Source: an uncultured Candidatus Poseidoniales archaeon (GTDB lineage: Archaea > Thermoplasmatota > Poseidoniia > Poseidoniales > Poseidoniaceae). Taken from it: 64,000 bases of DNA. The notes under the pieces were generated by a model. It worked only from the letters and a program-made list of their open reading frames with translations, was not told the DNA's origin and ran no database searches. Positions 50,572-61,000 of the stretch are shown one piece after another (within the stretch, counting starts at the first letter, position 1; each line of letters begins with the position of its first letter). The stretch is taken from positions 2,647-66,646 of the forward strand of contig CAXEMN010000005.1 of assembly GCA_963997415.1 (NCBI GenBank), read 5' to 3'. Position numbers and translations under genes: made by a program.

Positions 50572-51581
50572 TCCTCCTGTGTTTTCTTTATTGCCTCTGC
50601 AATTCGTTCTGGACTTGGGAGATAATCCCATTCCGTTGTGTGAGGGAAAGGTGTGTCCCAACCCGTCACGCGAGTGATTGGTGCTTCAAGGTGGTAGAAG
50701 CAACGCTCTTGGATCGAAGCGCTCATCTCGGCGCCAAATCCACTTGTCTTTGGTGCTTCATGGACAATAACACATCGTCCGGTCTTCTTGATGGAGTTGA
50801 CAACAGTGTCACGGTCCCAAGGAACCAAGGTTTGCAAATCAATCAGTTCACAGTCCACGCCAGAATCCTTGATCGCTTGCTCACAGACGTGAACCATGGT
50901 GCCCCATGCGATGACCGTGCAAGCTTCTCCTTCTCGTACAATTCGAGCCTCTTCAAGCGGGACAACAAAGTGGCCTTCTGGCACTTCAGCATCTGGGTGC
51001 CCGGACCATGTTGGCACATTGTGTGGATCGCCGTAGAATGGACCGCGGTAGCATCGCTTTGGTTCAAAGAAAATGACTGGATCATTGCATTCAATCGCCG
51101 CCGTCAAGAGACCTTTAGCGTTGTAAGGGTTTGAGCAATACACGACCTTCAAGCCAGGGGTGTGGGTGAATTGAGCCTCCGGAGATTGAGAATGGTGGTG
51201 CCCTCCTTTGATGCCGCCTCCAGCAGGTGTGCGGAAGGTGAGCGGTGCGGTAAACTCGCCACCAGAGCGGTGACGAACCTTGGCAATCTCGTTGACAATT
51301 TGGTCGTAGGCGGGGAAGATGTAGTCTGCGAATTGAATTTCTGCAACTGGGCGCAAACCATTGAGTCCCATGCCCATGGCGATGGCAGCAATGCCACCTT
51401 CTGCGAGCGGTGAGTCGAAGACGCGGTGTTCACCGAACTTCTTCTGCAGGCCATCGGTAACTCGGAAGACGCCGCCGAAGAACCCTACGTCTTCACCAAA
51501 GATGACGATGTTGGGGTCGTTCTCGAGTTGAACTTCAAGGGCTGAGTTCAGTGCTTTGATCATGTTCATGTCTGCCATCAT
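50568..51581 (-). CDS. 2-oxoacid dehydrogenase E1 component, beta subunit
   Basis: MNMIKALNSALE, IFGEDVGFFGGVFRVT, FDSPLAEGGIAA and HSQSPEAQFTHTPGLKVV. The ATGATG start at 51576-51581 is preceded by GAGGTGA. Confidence 0.94.
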   Translation of the reverse strand: MMADMNMIKALNSALEVQLENDPNIVIFGEDVGFFGGVFRVTDGLQKKFGEHRVFDSPLAEGGIAAIAMGMGLNGLRPVAEIQFADYIFPAYDQIVNEIAKVRHRSGGEFTAPLTFRTPAGGGIKGGHHHSQSPEAQFTHTPGLKVVYCSNPYNAKGLLTAAIECNDPVIFFEPKRCYRGPFYGDPHNVPTWSGHPDAEVPEGHFVVPLEEARIVREGEACTVIAWGTMVHVCEQAIKDSGVDCELIDLQTLVPWDRDTVVNSIKKTGRCVIVHEAPKTSGFGAEMSASIQERCFYHLEAPITRVTGWDTPFPHTTEWDYLPSPERIAEAIKKTQEE

Positions 51582-51588
51582 CGTCACC

Positions 51589-52830
51589 TCACTTACCAAG
51601 TTCCTCTCGTTGTTCTTGAACATGCCAAGGTACTGTTTCGTAGACTTCAGTGAAGATGGTTGAGGCAGGCGGATAGGGCCCGCTCGCCAAATCACCAAAC
51701 TCACAAGCAGCCTTGTAGGATGTCATGACCTCGTCATCGATCTTCTGAGCGAGTGCAGCGTCGCGCTTTTCATCCCACATGCCGTTCTTGATCAGATGGT
51801 CCTTGAGACGTTCAATCGGGTCGCCACCAGGCCAGCATTCAAATTCATCATTTGGTCGGTAGGCCGATGGGTCATCAGAAGATGAGTGGGCGCCAGCTCG
51901 GTAGGTGTAGACCTCGATGTGGGTGGCGCCAAGGCCTGCAGCGCCTCGGTCACGGGCCCACTTTGTCACGCTGTAGAGGGCGAGGAAATCGTTGCCATCC
52001 ACTCGAATCGAAGGGATGTCGTAAGCCAGCCCGCGTTCAGCGAAGGTTCGACCGCCAGTTGCAAGGTTTGCGTGGGTTGAGATCGCCCATTGATTGTTGA
52101 CCACATTGAGGATCACTGGTGGTTTGAAGGTTGAAGCGAAATTGAGTGCGTAATGATAGTCGCCTTGAGCGGATGTACCGTCACCAAGCCACGAAATGCA
52201 CACTTCGTCATCGCCTTTGTAGGCGCTTGCCATGGCGACACCAACAGCTTGTGAAAATTGGGTGCCGACAGGGGATGAGATCGAGATGAAGCGTCCTTCT
52301 TTCCACGTGTAGTGAACTGGCATTTGACGCCCCTTGACGTTGTCTTCAGTATTACCGATGCAGTGGCAAATCATACTGACCATGTCCCGTCCACGTACAA
52401 ATTGTGCACCGGGTTGTCGGTAGGATGGGAAAATCCAATCCTGTGTTTCAAGGGCCATGGTTTGAGCGATAGCGATCGCTTCTTCTCCAAAAGACCGCAT
52501 GTAGAATGAAAGTTTTCCAGTGCGCTGCATTTTGATCATTCGGTCGTCAAAAATACGCAATCGCATCATGTATTCAAGACCCTGAATCATTGTTTCAGCG
52601 TCCAACTTTGGATCCCATTCGCCCTTGGCTTCTCCATCGTCATTGAGGACGCGTACCAAGCCAACGGCGTGATCGACGGTGTCTTGTGCTGAGCATGAGA
52701 GGGGGTCTGGGCGGTTCAAATCGCCAGGTTGTTCCTTGAATTTACCACCAAAATCAGCCTCATCACCGGGCCGAAACGGTGGACGTCCGATGGTGTACGG
52801 CGTCGTCGTGGCTGTCACTCTCTCGGTCAT
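51589..52830 (-). CDS. 2-oxoacid dehydrogenase E1 component, alpha subunit (branched-chain/pyruvate type, TPP-binding)
   Basis: MIKMQRTGKLSFYMRSFGEEA, SYRQPG, and the TPP motif WLGDGTSAQGDYHYALNFA...VVNNQWAIST. Confidence 0.93.
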   Translation of the reverse strand: MTERVTATTTPYTIGRPPFRPGDEADFGGKFKEQPGDLNRPDPLSCSAQDTVDHAVGLVRVLNDDGEAKGEWDPKLDAETMIQGLEYMMRLRIFDDRMIKMQRTGKLSFYMRSFGEEAIAIAQTMALETQDWIFPSYRQPGAQFVRGRDMVSMICHCIGNTEDNVKGRQMPVHYTWKEGRFISISSPVGTQFSQAVGVAMASAYKGDDEVCISWLGDGTSAQGDYHYALNFASTFKPPVILNVVNNQWAISTHANLATGGRTFAERGLAYDIPSIRVDGNDFLALYSVTKWARDRGAAGLGATHIEVYTYRAGAHSSSDDPSAYRPNDEFECWPGGDPIERLKDHLIKNGMWDEKRDAALAQKIDDEVMTSYKAACEFGDLASGPYPPASTIFTEVYETVPWHVQEQREELGK

Positions 52831-52839
52831 TGAATCACC

Positions 52840-53847
52840 TCATTCCATCCCGCTCTTAAGGTGTACCGGTGCCTCGTTCCCTTGAGAGGCCACGTAGACG
52901 TATGCTCCGGGCATTGATTCTGAGTTGTTTGGATCTTGGGTTTTCCTGAGCAAAAGTCCAGCCTTAAACGAGGATCGAACCAGTGGACCGCTCGCTATAC
53001 CTGAGAATCCAATGGCGATGGCATGCTGGGCCCATTGATCGTACATATCTGGTTCTGGAAAGCGGTCGACGGCGAGATGCTTCGATGATGGTGCAAGGTA
53101 CTGGCCAATGGTGATCAAATCAACACCCGCTTCTTTGAGCATGCCAAGCACCTCGGTGATCTCTTCATCAGTCTCTCCGACACCGACCATGACTGAGGAT
53201 TTTGTGAGGATGTCTGGACGCAGTTGTTTAGCGGCTCTCAGGATTTCGAGCGATTGCGAAAAAGATGCACGGTGGTCGCGCACGGTTGCATCCAGTCTTG
53301 GGACACATTCGACATTGTGGGCGAAGACGGAAAGTGGACTGCCATCCAGAAGATGGGCGAGTGCATCATGATCGCCTGCTAAATCTGAACAGAGCAGTTC
53401 GAGGGAGACATGTGGTTGGCGCTCGTGGACTGCTTGGATGCATTGCTTGTAGTGGTCGGCTCCGCTGTCGGGAAGATCATCTCGGTTGACAACGGTAATC
53501 ACTGCATGTCGCAAGTTCATCGATTCGACCGCATTAGCGAGGTTGGTGGGCTCATCGGGATCCAAAGGAGGTGGTGTTTTGATGGTACCAACCGCACAGA
53601 AACGACATCCTCTGGTGCACTCTTGTCCTGCAATCATGAAGGTGGCATCGCCACTGGCCCAGCAGTCGTGGATGTTCGGGCAGCGAGCCTCTTGACAGAC
53701 GGTGTGCAGGGTGTTGTCTTTAACAGCGGCCTTCGTGCTGTTGAAAATAGCCTGCTGTTCGCCTGATGGAAGGGCTGTTTTGAACCAAGGTGGGAGTCGT
53801 TCACGCTTTGGTTTTGGCCTCAATGCAGGCGGGAGTTGCTTCGCCAT
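52840..53847 (-). CDS. lipA: Lipoyl synthase
   Basis: Auxiliary cluster CQEARCPNIHDCW and radical-SAM cluster CTRGCRFCAV. The start is ATG 53847 or GTG 53868. Its stop lies 9 nt upstream of the E1alpha start. Confidence 0.94.
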   Translation of the reverse strand: MAKQLPPALRPKPKRERLPPWFKTALPSGEQQAIFNSTKAAVKDNTLHTVCQEARCPNIHDCWASGDATFMIAGQECTRGCRFCAVGTIKTPPPLDPDEPTNLANAVESMNLRHAVITVVNRDDLPDSGADHYKQCIQAVHERQPHVSLELLCSDLAGDHDALAHLLDGSPLSVFAHNVECVPRLDATVRDHRASFSQSLEILRAAKQLRPDILTKSSVMVGVGETDEEITEVLGMLKEAGVDLITIGQYLAPSSKHLAVDRFPEPDMYDQWAQHAIAIGFSGIASGPLVRSSFKAGLLLRKTQDPNNSESMPGAYVYVASQGNEAPVHLKSGME

Positions 53848-54018
53848 GGGTAGTGGTTTGCCGGACACAGATTCTCCCCCCTATGGTTGGCCCACGGCTT
53901 GCCGCTCAAAAAGGTGCGCCGTAGGGTTTGTGTCGCCCATTCAGGGGTGAAACAATCACCAACGATTGGCATTTGGCGCTGAACGAGCATTGATGAGCAA
54001 TGAACCTCACGTTGAACC

Positions 54019-54765
54019 ATGGCGAAAGGTGTTGCTCTTGTGACGGGAGGGGGGCGCCGCATTGGAGCGCAGATTTGTTCTACACTGATCGATGATGGTT
54101 GGTATGTTCTTGTCCATGTTCGCTCTTCGGTGGAAGACGCTCAACGCTTGCTCGCCGATGCCTCTCAACAACGAAACGGAGAAGCGTGTGGCCAAGTCGT
54201 CATTGCCGATCTTTCAACAGATGAAGGCCTTCAATCTCTGATCGACCAAACCCATGCGATTCTCGAGGGTCAAAAGTCGGTTGGTTTAGGTGTGTTAATC
54301 CACAACGCCTCAATCTATAATTCCAAAGACTACGAGTCTGTTTCTCTTGAAGAACTCCGCCTTAACAACCGGATTCATATCGAAGTTCCATTCGTTCTCA
54401 CCCAAGCGCTCACACCATCGCTCAAGGCTGCTTCTGGTTGTGTGATTGGCATGGTTGATACCTCGCTTCATCGCGCTTGGAAGGATCTTGCCCACTACAC
54501 AGCTTCGAAAGCAGGATTGCGTCAGTTGATGATGAACCTCGCTGGCGACCTCGCACCAGATGTCCGCGTCAATTGTGTTGCTCCAGGCGCAATTATGGCG
54601 GCTCCTTGGGAGGCGGAACACTTTGCATCAGTGATTGAAAAGGTTCCACTCGGCCGTGGTGGTGCACCCGAAGATGTTGCGAACGCCGTGTCATTTTTGG
54701 TCCGTTCAACCTACCTTTCGGGCCAAGTCATCGAAGTTGATGGCGGTTGGTCAGTTGCGCCTTGA
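54019..54765 (+). CDS. Short-chain dehydrogenase/reductase, pteridine-reductase-like (PTR1/FolM-like)
   Basis: ALVTGGGRRIGAQI cofactor motif (TGxxxRIG as in pteridine reductases), NAS, and catalytic YTASKAGL. Confidence 0.8.
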   Translation: MAKGVALVTGGGRRIGAQICSTLIDDGWYVLVHVRSSVEDAQRLLADASQQRNGEACGQVVIADLSTDEGLQSLIDQTHAILEGQKSVGLGVLIHNASIYNSKDYESVSLEELRLNNRIHIEVPFVLTQALTPSLKAASGCVIGMVDTSLHRAWKDLAHYTASKAGLRQLMMNLAGDLAPDVRVNCVAPGAIMAAPWEAEHFASVIEKVPLGRGGAPEDVANAVSFLVRSTYLSGQVIEVDGGWSVAP

Positions 54766-54815
54766 GCAACTTGAGCAGGGGTTTTCTTCAAATCATGTGG
54801 TCCTGTGGACCGACT

Positions 54816-54899
54816 GCAGGGGTGGCTGAGGTGGTCAAAGGCGCCGGGCTTAAGATCCGGTCCCGTATGGGTTCGTGGGTTCGTATCCCACCCCCTGCA
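54816..54899 (+). tRNA. tRNA-Leu (anticodon UAA), class II with a long variable arm; no encoded CCA
   Basis: Acceptor stem GCAGGGG/CCCCTGC plus discriminator A. Anticodon stem CCGGG/TCCGG with loop CT-TAA-GA. Variable arm TCCCGTATGGGTTC. T arm GTGGG-TTCGTAT-CCCAC. Confidence 0.9.
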
Positions 54900-54919
54900 C
54901 TTTATTCCAACCCCTGTTT

Positions 54920-54936
54920 CCCCCTCGTAGAGGGGG
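54920..54936 (+). terminator. Perfect 7-bp GC-rich hairpin (CCCCCTC-GTA-GAGGGGG) followed by CTTT, 20 nt downstream of the tRNA; TTTATT directly follows the tRNA
   Basis: Read directly from the sequence. The function is inferred: transcript-end or processing signal. Confidence 0.35.
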
Positions 54937-54993
54937 CTTTGTCCGAACAAACAATGCAAAACCGTTTAACAGTCGGTTGAACAGGACGGTCCG

Positions 54994-57942
54994 GTGAACA
55001 CCTTCATGACTTCAATTTCATCCCCCAACGGCCGATTTTTGGCGGTTCTGCTCGTTTTGATCATGTTGGGCGGCGTTGCACCCCTTCAGACCAACGTAAG
55101 TGTCGAGTCTGTCGAAGCAGAATCATTGGAGGAGCCAACGGTTCAAATGAACTCAGCATCGTCCTGTCCAACATGTCAATCGTACAACCTCTACCTCGAT
55201 GAGCCGAACAGTGAAAGTGGCGGAGAAGGATCGATTACGACCCTTGAGCCAACCGGTGCTCACCAAGAAGCCAGTGCCTTTGGTGGCGTTGAATTTAGGA
55301 GCGCAGAAATGATCTCTGATCTGCTCGTCTACGGCCGAGATAACACCGACAAGGTCACCCTCACCCTTTTCCTTCAATTCAAGGGTTCCCAGGGCTCGAC
55401 GGCAGACATCACCTATTCGCTGAAGTCCGGGGATTCGGAAGTGGATTCCGTTTCTGAAACACTTGACGATCCGTGCACAGGTGGTACATTCGGCACAAGT
55501 TCGTGCTCATGGACCTCTTCCATTGTTGACTTCGAGGTTCCTTCTGATGGTTTTACAGTAGCCAACGGAAAACAACTCCGACTCAATGTCGATGCCCAAG
55601 CCACCTGTGAAAGCAGCGGTGGCGGTGGCCTTGGCGGTGGCAGTTGTGAAGTCAATGTTGCCTTCGGCGATGTTGAACAAACCAATGGATATTCAAAACT
55701 CGAAATGAAAGCAAACGCACTTGCAAACTCCGTGGTTAAGGTTCACCGTCCCGGTGGCGGTTTCCTTGAACCAGAGGTGACCGAATGGTCACCCGCACAC
55801 CGACCAGAGTTCCGAAACATGCAGTTTTCAGTCGATGTCAGAGATGCTTTTGGCAGGGATGACATCCAAGGCGTTGACCTTGTGATGACCACGCCAAACG
55901 AAGCTGGGACGGTCTTCTCAAAGTCCTTCGATGATGACGATTTGAAACTCGACAACAACGGTTTGGTTGGAAACTATACCTTCCAGTATGAAACTGGAAT
56001 TGCTGCTGGAGAATACCCACTTCGTCTTGAAATAAGTGACGTTCAGGGTCACACCTTGGTGTTTGAACACAGTGGTATCGAGTTCGTTGAGCACGATGTC
56101 TATCTGACGCTTCCTGAGAGTCAACCAGACGTCATTTTGATTGCACCGGGCCAGACCTCGAGTGTTGAGTTCTTGATTGAACACACAGGGGCAAGTTCGT
56201 CTCAACTGGACGTCGTGTTCTCGCTTTCACGCTCGCTGCCCTCAACCTGGTCAGACCCTGTTTGGGATCAACCCGGCGGCTACAGCCTTTCCGGCGGCGG
56301 TACTTTTGCTCGTCCCATTTTGAGCATTGAAGTGCCAGATGATGACCTGACTTCTGCTCCAAACACCCTTGAAATTGAGGCGCGTGCTTACGCTGAAAAC
56401 ACCGAAGGCCAAACCGTGGAAGTCGCTGTGGAAACCATCGTGCTCGATGTCGAGGAATCTGACGTCCTTTCACCACCGAGAATTGCTGTGTTTGAGGATG
56501 ATGAGCATCAGAAGCAAATTGCAGACTCAACACGCCCAGAAGCCTATGATGAACTGTTATCGCACTATGTTGATTCAGGCGATGTCAGTGGTGATTTCTT
56601 CATTGATGTGTTCAATTCAGGATTCATTACAGATGCATTCAAACTGCGCGTTACAGAACTGCCTGATGCGTGGCAATACAAGTTCTATGACAACGATACA
56701 GGACTTGAATTGGCCGAGGAAGGCATCCACTCAGTGACGCCCGATATCGGCTCCCACCAGATTCTGACCGTTCGTATGGAAGTCTTCCCACCATCAGAAC
56801 GAGATGCTCAAGACATTGGGCTTGTTTCGATCAGCATTGCAAGTCAAGGCGATTCTGAACTCAGTACTTCGGTTGCGTTCACAGTCCATCGCACGTTTGG
56901 CGTTCTCGTCGAAGTCACAGCCGATTCAGACAGTGGGACACTTGGCACCGTTGGCCCAGTGAGTCCCGGATCCTCACTGTGGTATCAAATGCGTATCACT
57001 GATTCAAGCGATACAATCGGCCAAACCACATGGCGAATCATCAATCCAGAAGACCTCGACAGAAATAACGAGGATGATGCTCCTTACGGCTCATGGAACT
57101 ATGAAATCTCAAATGGTTCCCAATCCGATATCGTCGTCGTCTATCTTGAATCCGATCAATACGCAGACCTCAAACTCGATGTTACCATTGGTAACAAGGT
57201 CGAAGCAGGAAACCACACCGTCTACGTTCGGGTTGTTGAAGAGGGCGTCGATGCCCAAGATGCCCGATACTTCGATTTGCCAGTGACTGTTCAAGTCAGG
57301 GAAGATGTTCAACCTGGTCGTCTTGAAATCACCGATACAAGCAGTTCAGTTGTCCGTTTCAATTCAGGAGAATTCCAGACTGTGGAATACAGCATCGATA
57401 ACCAAAACAACATCCCGCTGGATGTCGTGATCACGCTTGAAAATGAGCCACAAGGCTGGGACGTTCTTGTTCGAGCATCGTCCGACCAGACAGGTGGTAG
57501 TTTCCTCTTGCTGACCCTCCCTGCATATTCGAGCAAGGATTTCTCATTGGCCATCACCCCACCAAACAACCTAAAGAACGGCGAAACGGTTCAGTTCGAG
57601 CTTAAGGTGACGCCTATGGATGAAGAGGTCCCATACGACAGCGAGTACACACAAACCAGCAAACAGATTTACCAAACTTCGTGCCAAGGCGCTGGTTGCT
57701 TTGTCAACGAACTTGTCAACCCCGAACCACAAACGCTTGCATTGGGGCTTGGGTTGTGTGCTGCATTTGTCTTTGCAGTCTACAGGCGCGGTCAGGCATC
57801 AGGTACAATGTACGAAGAAGAAATCTTCGAATACGAAGACGAGAAAGAACTCGAACCATTGGAAAGCGACCTTCCCGACCCCGTGCTTGAAGAAGAAGAC
57901 GATGACGATCTCGAACTTTTGGATGAACTTGAAGCTCTTTGA
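54994..57942 (+). CDS. Large secreted surface protein (S-layer/adhesin-like) with a C-terminal TM anchor and a highly acidic cytoplasmic tail
   Basis: 982 aa. Signal/anchor FLAVLLVLIMLGGVAP. Composition is Ser/Thr/Asp/Val-rich and beta-type, with many N-x-S/T sequons. TM helix LALGLGLCAAFVFAVY is followed by EEEIFEYEDEKELEPLESDLPDPVLEEEDDDDLELLDELEAL. The start is GTG 54994 or ATG 55006. Confidence 0.7.
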   Translation: MNTFMTSISSPNGRFLAVLLVLIMLGGVAPLQTNVSVESVEAESLEEPTVQMNSASSCPTCQSYNLYLDEPNSESGGEGSITTLEPTGAHQEASAFGGVEFRSAEMISDLLVYGRDNTDKVTLTLFLQFKGSQGSTADITYSLKSGDSEVDSVSETLDDPCTGGTFGTSSCSWTSSIVDFEVPSDGFTVANGKQLRLNVDAQATCESSGGGGLGGGSCEVNVAFGDVEQTNGYSKLEMKANALANSVVKVHRPGGGFLEPEVTEWSPAHRPEFRNMQFSVDVRDAFGRDDIQGVDLVMTTPNEAGTVFSKSFDDDDLKLDNNGLVGNYTFQYETGIAAGEYPLRLEISDVQGHTLVFEHSGIEFVEHDVYLTLPESQPDVILIAPGQTSSVEFLIEHTGASSSQLDVVFSLSRSLPSTWSDPVWDQPGGYSLSGGGTFARPILSIEVPDDDLTSAPNTLEIEARAYAENTEGQTVEVAVETIVLDVEESDVLSPPRIAVFEDDEHQKQIADSTRPEAYDELLSHYVDSGDVSGDFFIDVFNSGFITDAFKLRVTELPDAWQYKFYDNDTGLELAEEGIHSVTPDIGSHQILTVRMEVFPPSERDAQDIGLVSISIASQGDSELSTSVAFTVHRTFGVLVEVTADSDSGTLGTVGPVSPGSSLWYQMRITDSSDTIGQTTWRIINPEDLDRNNEDDAPYGSWNYEISNGSQSDIVVVYLESDQYADLKLDVTIGNKVEAGNHTVYVRVVEEGVDAQDARYFDLPVTVQVREDVQPGRLEITDTSSSVVRFNSGEFQTVEYSIDNQNNIPLDVVITLENEPQGWDVLVRASSDQTGGSFLLLTLPAYSSKDFSLAITPPNNLKNGETVQFELKVTPMDEEVPYDSEYTQTSKQIYQTSCQGAGCFVNELVNPEPQTLALGLGLCAAFVFAVYRRGQASGTMYEEEIFEYEDEKELEPLESDLPDPVLEEEDDDDLELLDELEAL

Positions 57943-57988
57943 GCACACCATTGGTCAATCCTTGAGCAAAACGACAGACTGAGTCTTA

Positions 57989-57993
57989 TTTTT
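57989..57993 (+). terminator. Oligo-T tract (TTTTT) 47 nt after the stop of the 982-aa gene; candidate archaeal termination signal
   Basis: gagtcttaTTTTTcagg. Archaeal RNA polymerase commonly terminates at oligo-T runs. Confidence 0.3.
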
Positions 57994-58061
57994 CAGGCTT
58001 AGTGACTCGACTTTACACACCGTGAAATTGAGCATTGTATGAACATCGTACCATTTGCCTT

Positions 58062-61000
58062 ATGAGGCATCAAAACAGCCGAGTTCTTGTGACAACCATG
58101 CGTACGCCTTCTTCCCCCTCGAAGCCGCGCTCTCAATGGCAAATCCTTCAGCACCGAGACACGGTCAAATCCATCGGTTTGGTTGCGTTGATGGTGCTCT
58201 CCACATTCGCTTCCATTCAGTATGTTTCCTTCGATGCACTTGCAGCAACTGATCAAGATGGTGACGGTTTGACTTATGGGCTCGAGTACCTCATGAACAC
58301 TGCACCAAACGATCCAGATTCTGACAACGATGGTTTGCCAGATGGCTGGGAGTGGCAGTATGGACTTGACCCACTTTCCAGTACGGGTGGCGACGGTGCT
58401 GTTGGGGATCCTGACGGCGACGGCATGTCGAATCTGCAAGAATACAACTACCTCCAACCTACGAACTGGGACCTTTCGAGCACCAGTGGTGTGCTTGACA
58501 ATGGTGTTTGGTGGAATGGAACCGTGCCAGTCAACAACTGGGATGAAGAAAATGCCCTCCAATACAACCGTCCAGGGTGTGGAGACTCGGGTTCAGACGG
58601 TACTGGCACGGTCATTCTTTGCGATGAAGATCCAGTCGGAAATATCTGCACCAACGGATTCGATGACGACAAAGACGGTTTCGTCGATTCAGCCGATTCG
58701 GATAACGACGGTGATGCAGACTGCTCATCAAACGATGATGACGGTGACGGTATCGAGGACGAAGACGTTGCAGGTTGGGACACCGATGGTGACGGAATGG
58801 ACGATGGTTGGGAAGCAGCCAACGGATTGAACGCAACAGACCCGACCAATGACAACGGCCCAAACGGCGACCCAGACGGTGACGGCCTCAACAACCTCCT
58901 CGAGTACATCAACCCGACATGGACAACCATGTGCGGCGCTTCGCCATGTTTCCGAAATGGGCCGACCGGTCTCAAAACTGAAACAACCACGCCATGCGAC
59001 CCAGTGAGAGGCATCGGTCCTGGAGGCTGTGCAACCTTTACGGCAGAAGTCGATGGCATCACCTCCACCAACCCTCAACGAGCTGACACGGATGGTGACG
59101 GACTCAATGATTCACGAGAAGCCCTGACGTTGTTGACAGACCCGACCTCATCGGATACAGATGGTGACGGAATCAGCGACGGCGTTGAAGTTGCTGGACA
59201 ATATGGAAGCCCTGCTCAAGCAAGTGATCCTCGGAACAACAACACTGACGGCGATGCCTTTGATGATGGTGAAGAAGACATCAACGGAAACGGTGTGGTC
59301 GATGCGGGTGAAACCGACCCGACCCGTCGAGAAGACTCAGGTGATGAGGATAACGACGGTATACAAAATTGGGAAGAAAACCTCTCATGCACCCTTTGGG
59401 ACGTCGCTGACACTGACTTCGGGGGCATCAATGATGGCGATGAGCAAAACGTTTCTCATGGCACAGATCCTTGTGATTCCTTGGTGAACTTCCAGACCAC
59501 CATTGTGACATGGAATAATGGAAATGGTCAACTCGAAGTGGCAGATGGAAGCGGCTTTAATCCTGCAGGGGGTGTCGGTTGGTTCAACATATCTGGAACA
59601 TGGACGCCGTTTGCCTATGCCACGGTGGTCAATGATCTGATTCAAGGTGTTTCATCCGCCCCAGGCACTGCCACTCAAGTTTCGAACCGCAACGGTTCCT
59701 TCTGTCATACCGATGCAACCACCGACGGAACGATCACAACAACTCGAAATTACTGTGATGATGATTATTCTGACAGTGATGGGGATGGCTTAGCCGATTG
59801 GCAAGAATTGCTTGGTACCTTTGGTTGGTTCTCCAACCCAACTCTTGTCGATTCTGATGGCGATGGGGCAAGTGATTTCGAAGAAGTCTTTGCGAATACG
59901 GATCCGAATGAGCCTTGTACCAACCTGCTTGACGACGATCAAGATGGTCTCAACAATTACTTCGAAACGAGCACTGGCTGCGACCTCATCTACATCGGTA
60001 TCACCAACGGCTCGACCGATGTATGGGTCACTGATGACGCCAGTATTGACACCGATTCAGGTGGTGTAAGTGACCGCGACGAATATTTTGATGGAACAAA
60101 CCCCGAAAACAACCCCACAGACGATTTGTTACCTTCTGATTTCGACGGCGATTTGATTCCCGATGCCATCGAAAATCAAACCGGTACCGATTGGACCAAC
60201 CCAGATACCGATGGTGGCGGCATGATTGACGGTTTGGAATGCACTCAAGAATTTTGGATCATCAATTGCATAGGATCGCCGTTTGACCCATTCGATCCCA
60301 CCGATGACCTCGAGGCGTCAGAAGTGGTGTTCTGGGCCAACAACTCCAGTGGCATCGTCGATCTGGATGCAACTCAACGCTGGCGGCAATACACCAACGA
60401 CTTCTACACCGGTACAGCGTATGCACACATTGCTGAAGTGCATCCATCTGAGACCATTATCCTCCCATCTTCTAACTTCACACATTTGGCTGACATGGCC
60501 TTTGCGAACGACACTGTTGAATGGCTCATGACCTTCAACAATCCACCCGTAACCGGTCGATTACCTCTACCTGTTTCATGGTCAAACATGTCGTTCTATG
60601 TCGATTCTGGATCTGAACTGGAACGTTCAAATGACTCTCACAATGTCAACATTGTTGCAGGTCCGATTCAAGAAGTCTTCATTCAGCAACCCGAATTTTA
60701 CTTCGATTGGGCAACACTCGCATCAACGACCGTCCCCGGTCAAGGCTTTGCTTACGAACTTGAATTGCCTGACGACCTCACCAACTTGAGCAGCCCACAA
60801 TCCTCGTTGTTGAACACCACGACAACCATCGTCAACGAGGCGGGAGCAACCAATGCCTACGACACCGCAGTCGCCATCCAGACGTTCCTCGCAGAAGGAA
60901 ATGCAACAACTGAATTCAAGCGCAATTACAATGGCTCAGGCATTCCAAACACCGAAGACTTGAGCGTGGTTCTTGTTGAGGCCATCAAGGAAGGTACATG

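Noticed and set aside
50111-50677. 188-aa plus-strand ORF rich in Ala/Gly, and the 148-aa minus-strand alternative-frame ORF at 49959-50405
   Set aside because: Both are by-products of the GC-rich Ala/Pro linker region of the E2 gene. The E2 frame has lipoyl, PSBD and catalytic motifs, and the others have none.
53869-54018. TGATGA (C-box-like) at ~53991 in the lipA/SDR divergent spacer, considered as a C/D-box sRNA
   Set aside because: There is no correctly placed D box (CTGA) downstream, no C'/D' pair and no terminal stem. It is most likely promoter DNA for two divergent genes.
54766-54993. Integrative element next to tRNA-Leu
   Set aside because: No integrase, excisionase or attachment-site repeat of the tRNA 3' end is visible in the window. 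Only the positional association with surface genes remains, and that is reported separately at low interest.
58448-59071. 207-aa minus-strand ORF, plus other 80-170-aa ORFs between 58.3 and 63.9 kb
   Set aside because: They are shadow or alternative frames of the long frame-3 ORF. The repetitive GAY/GGY-rich coding DNA suppresses stops in other frames.
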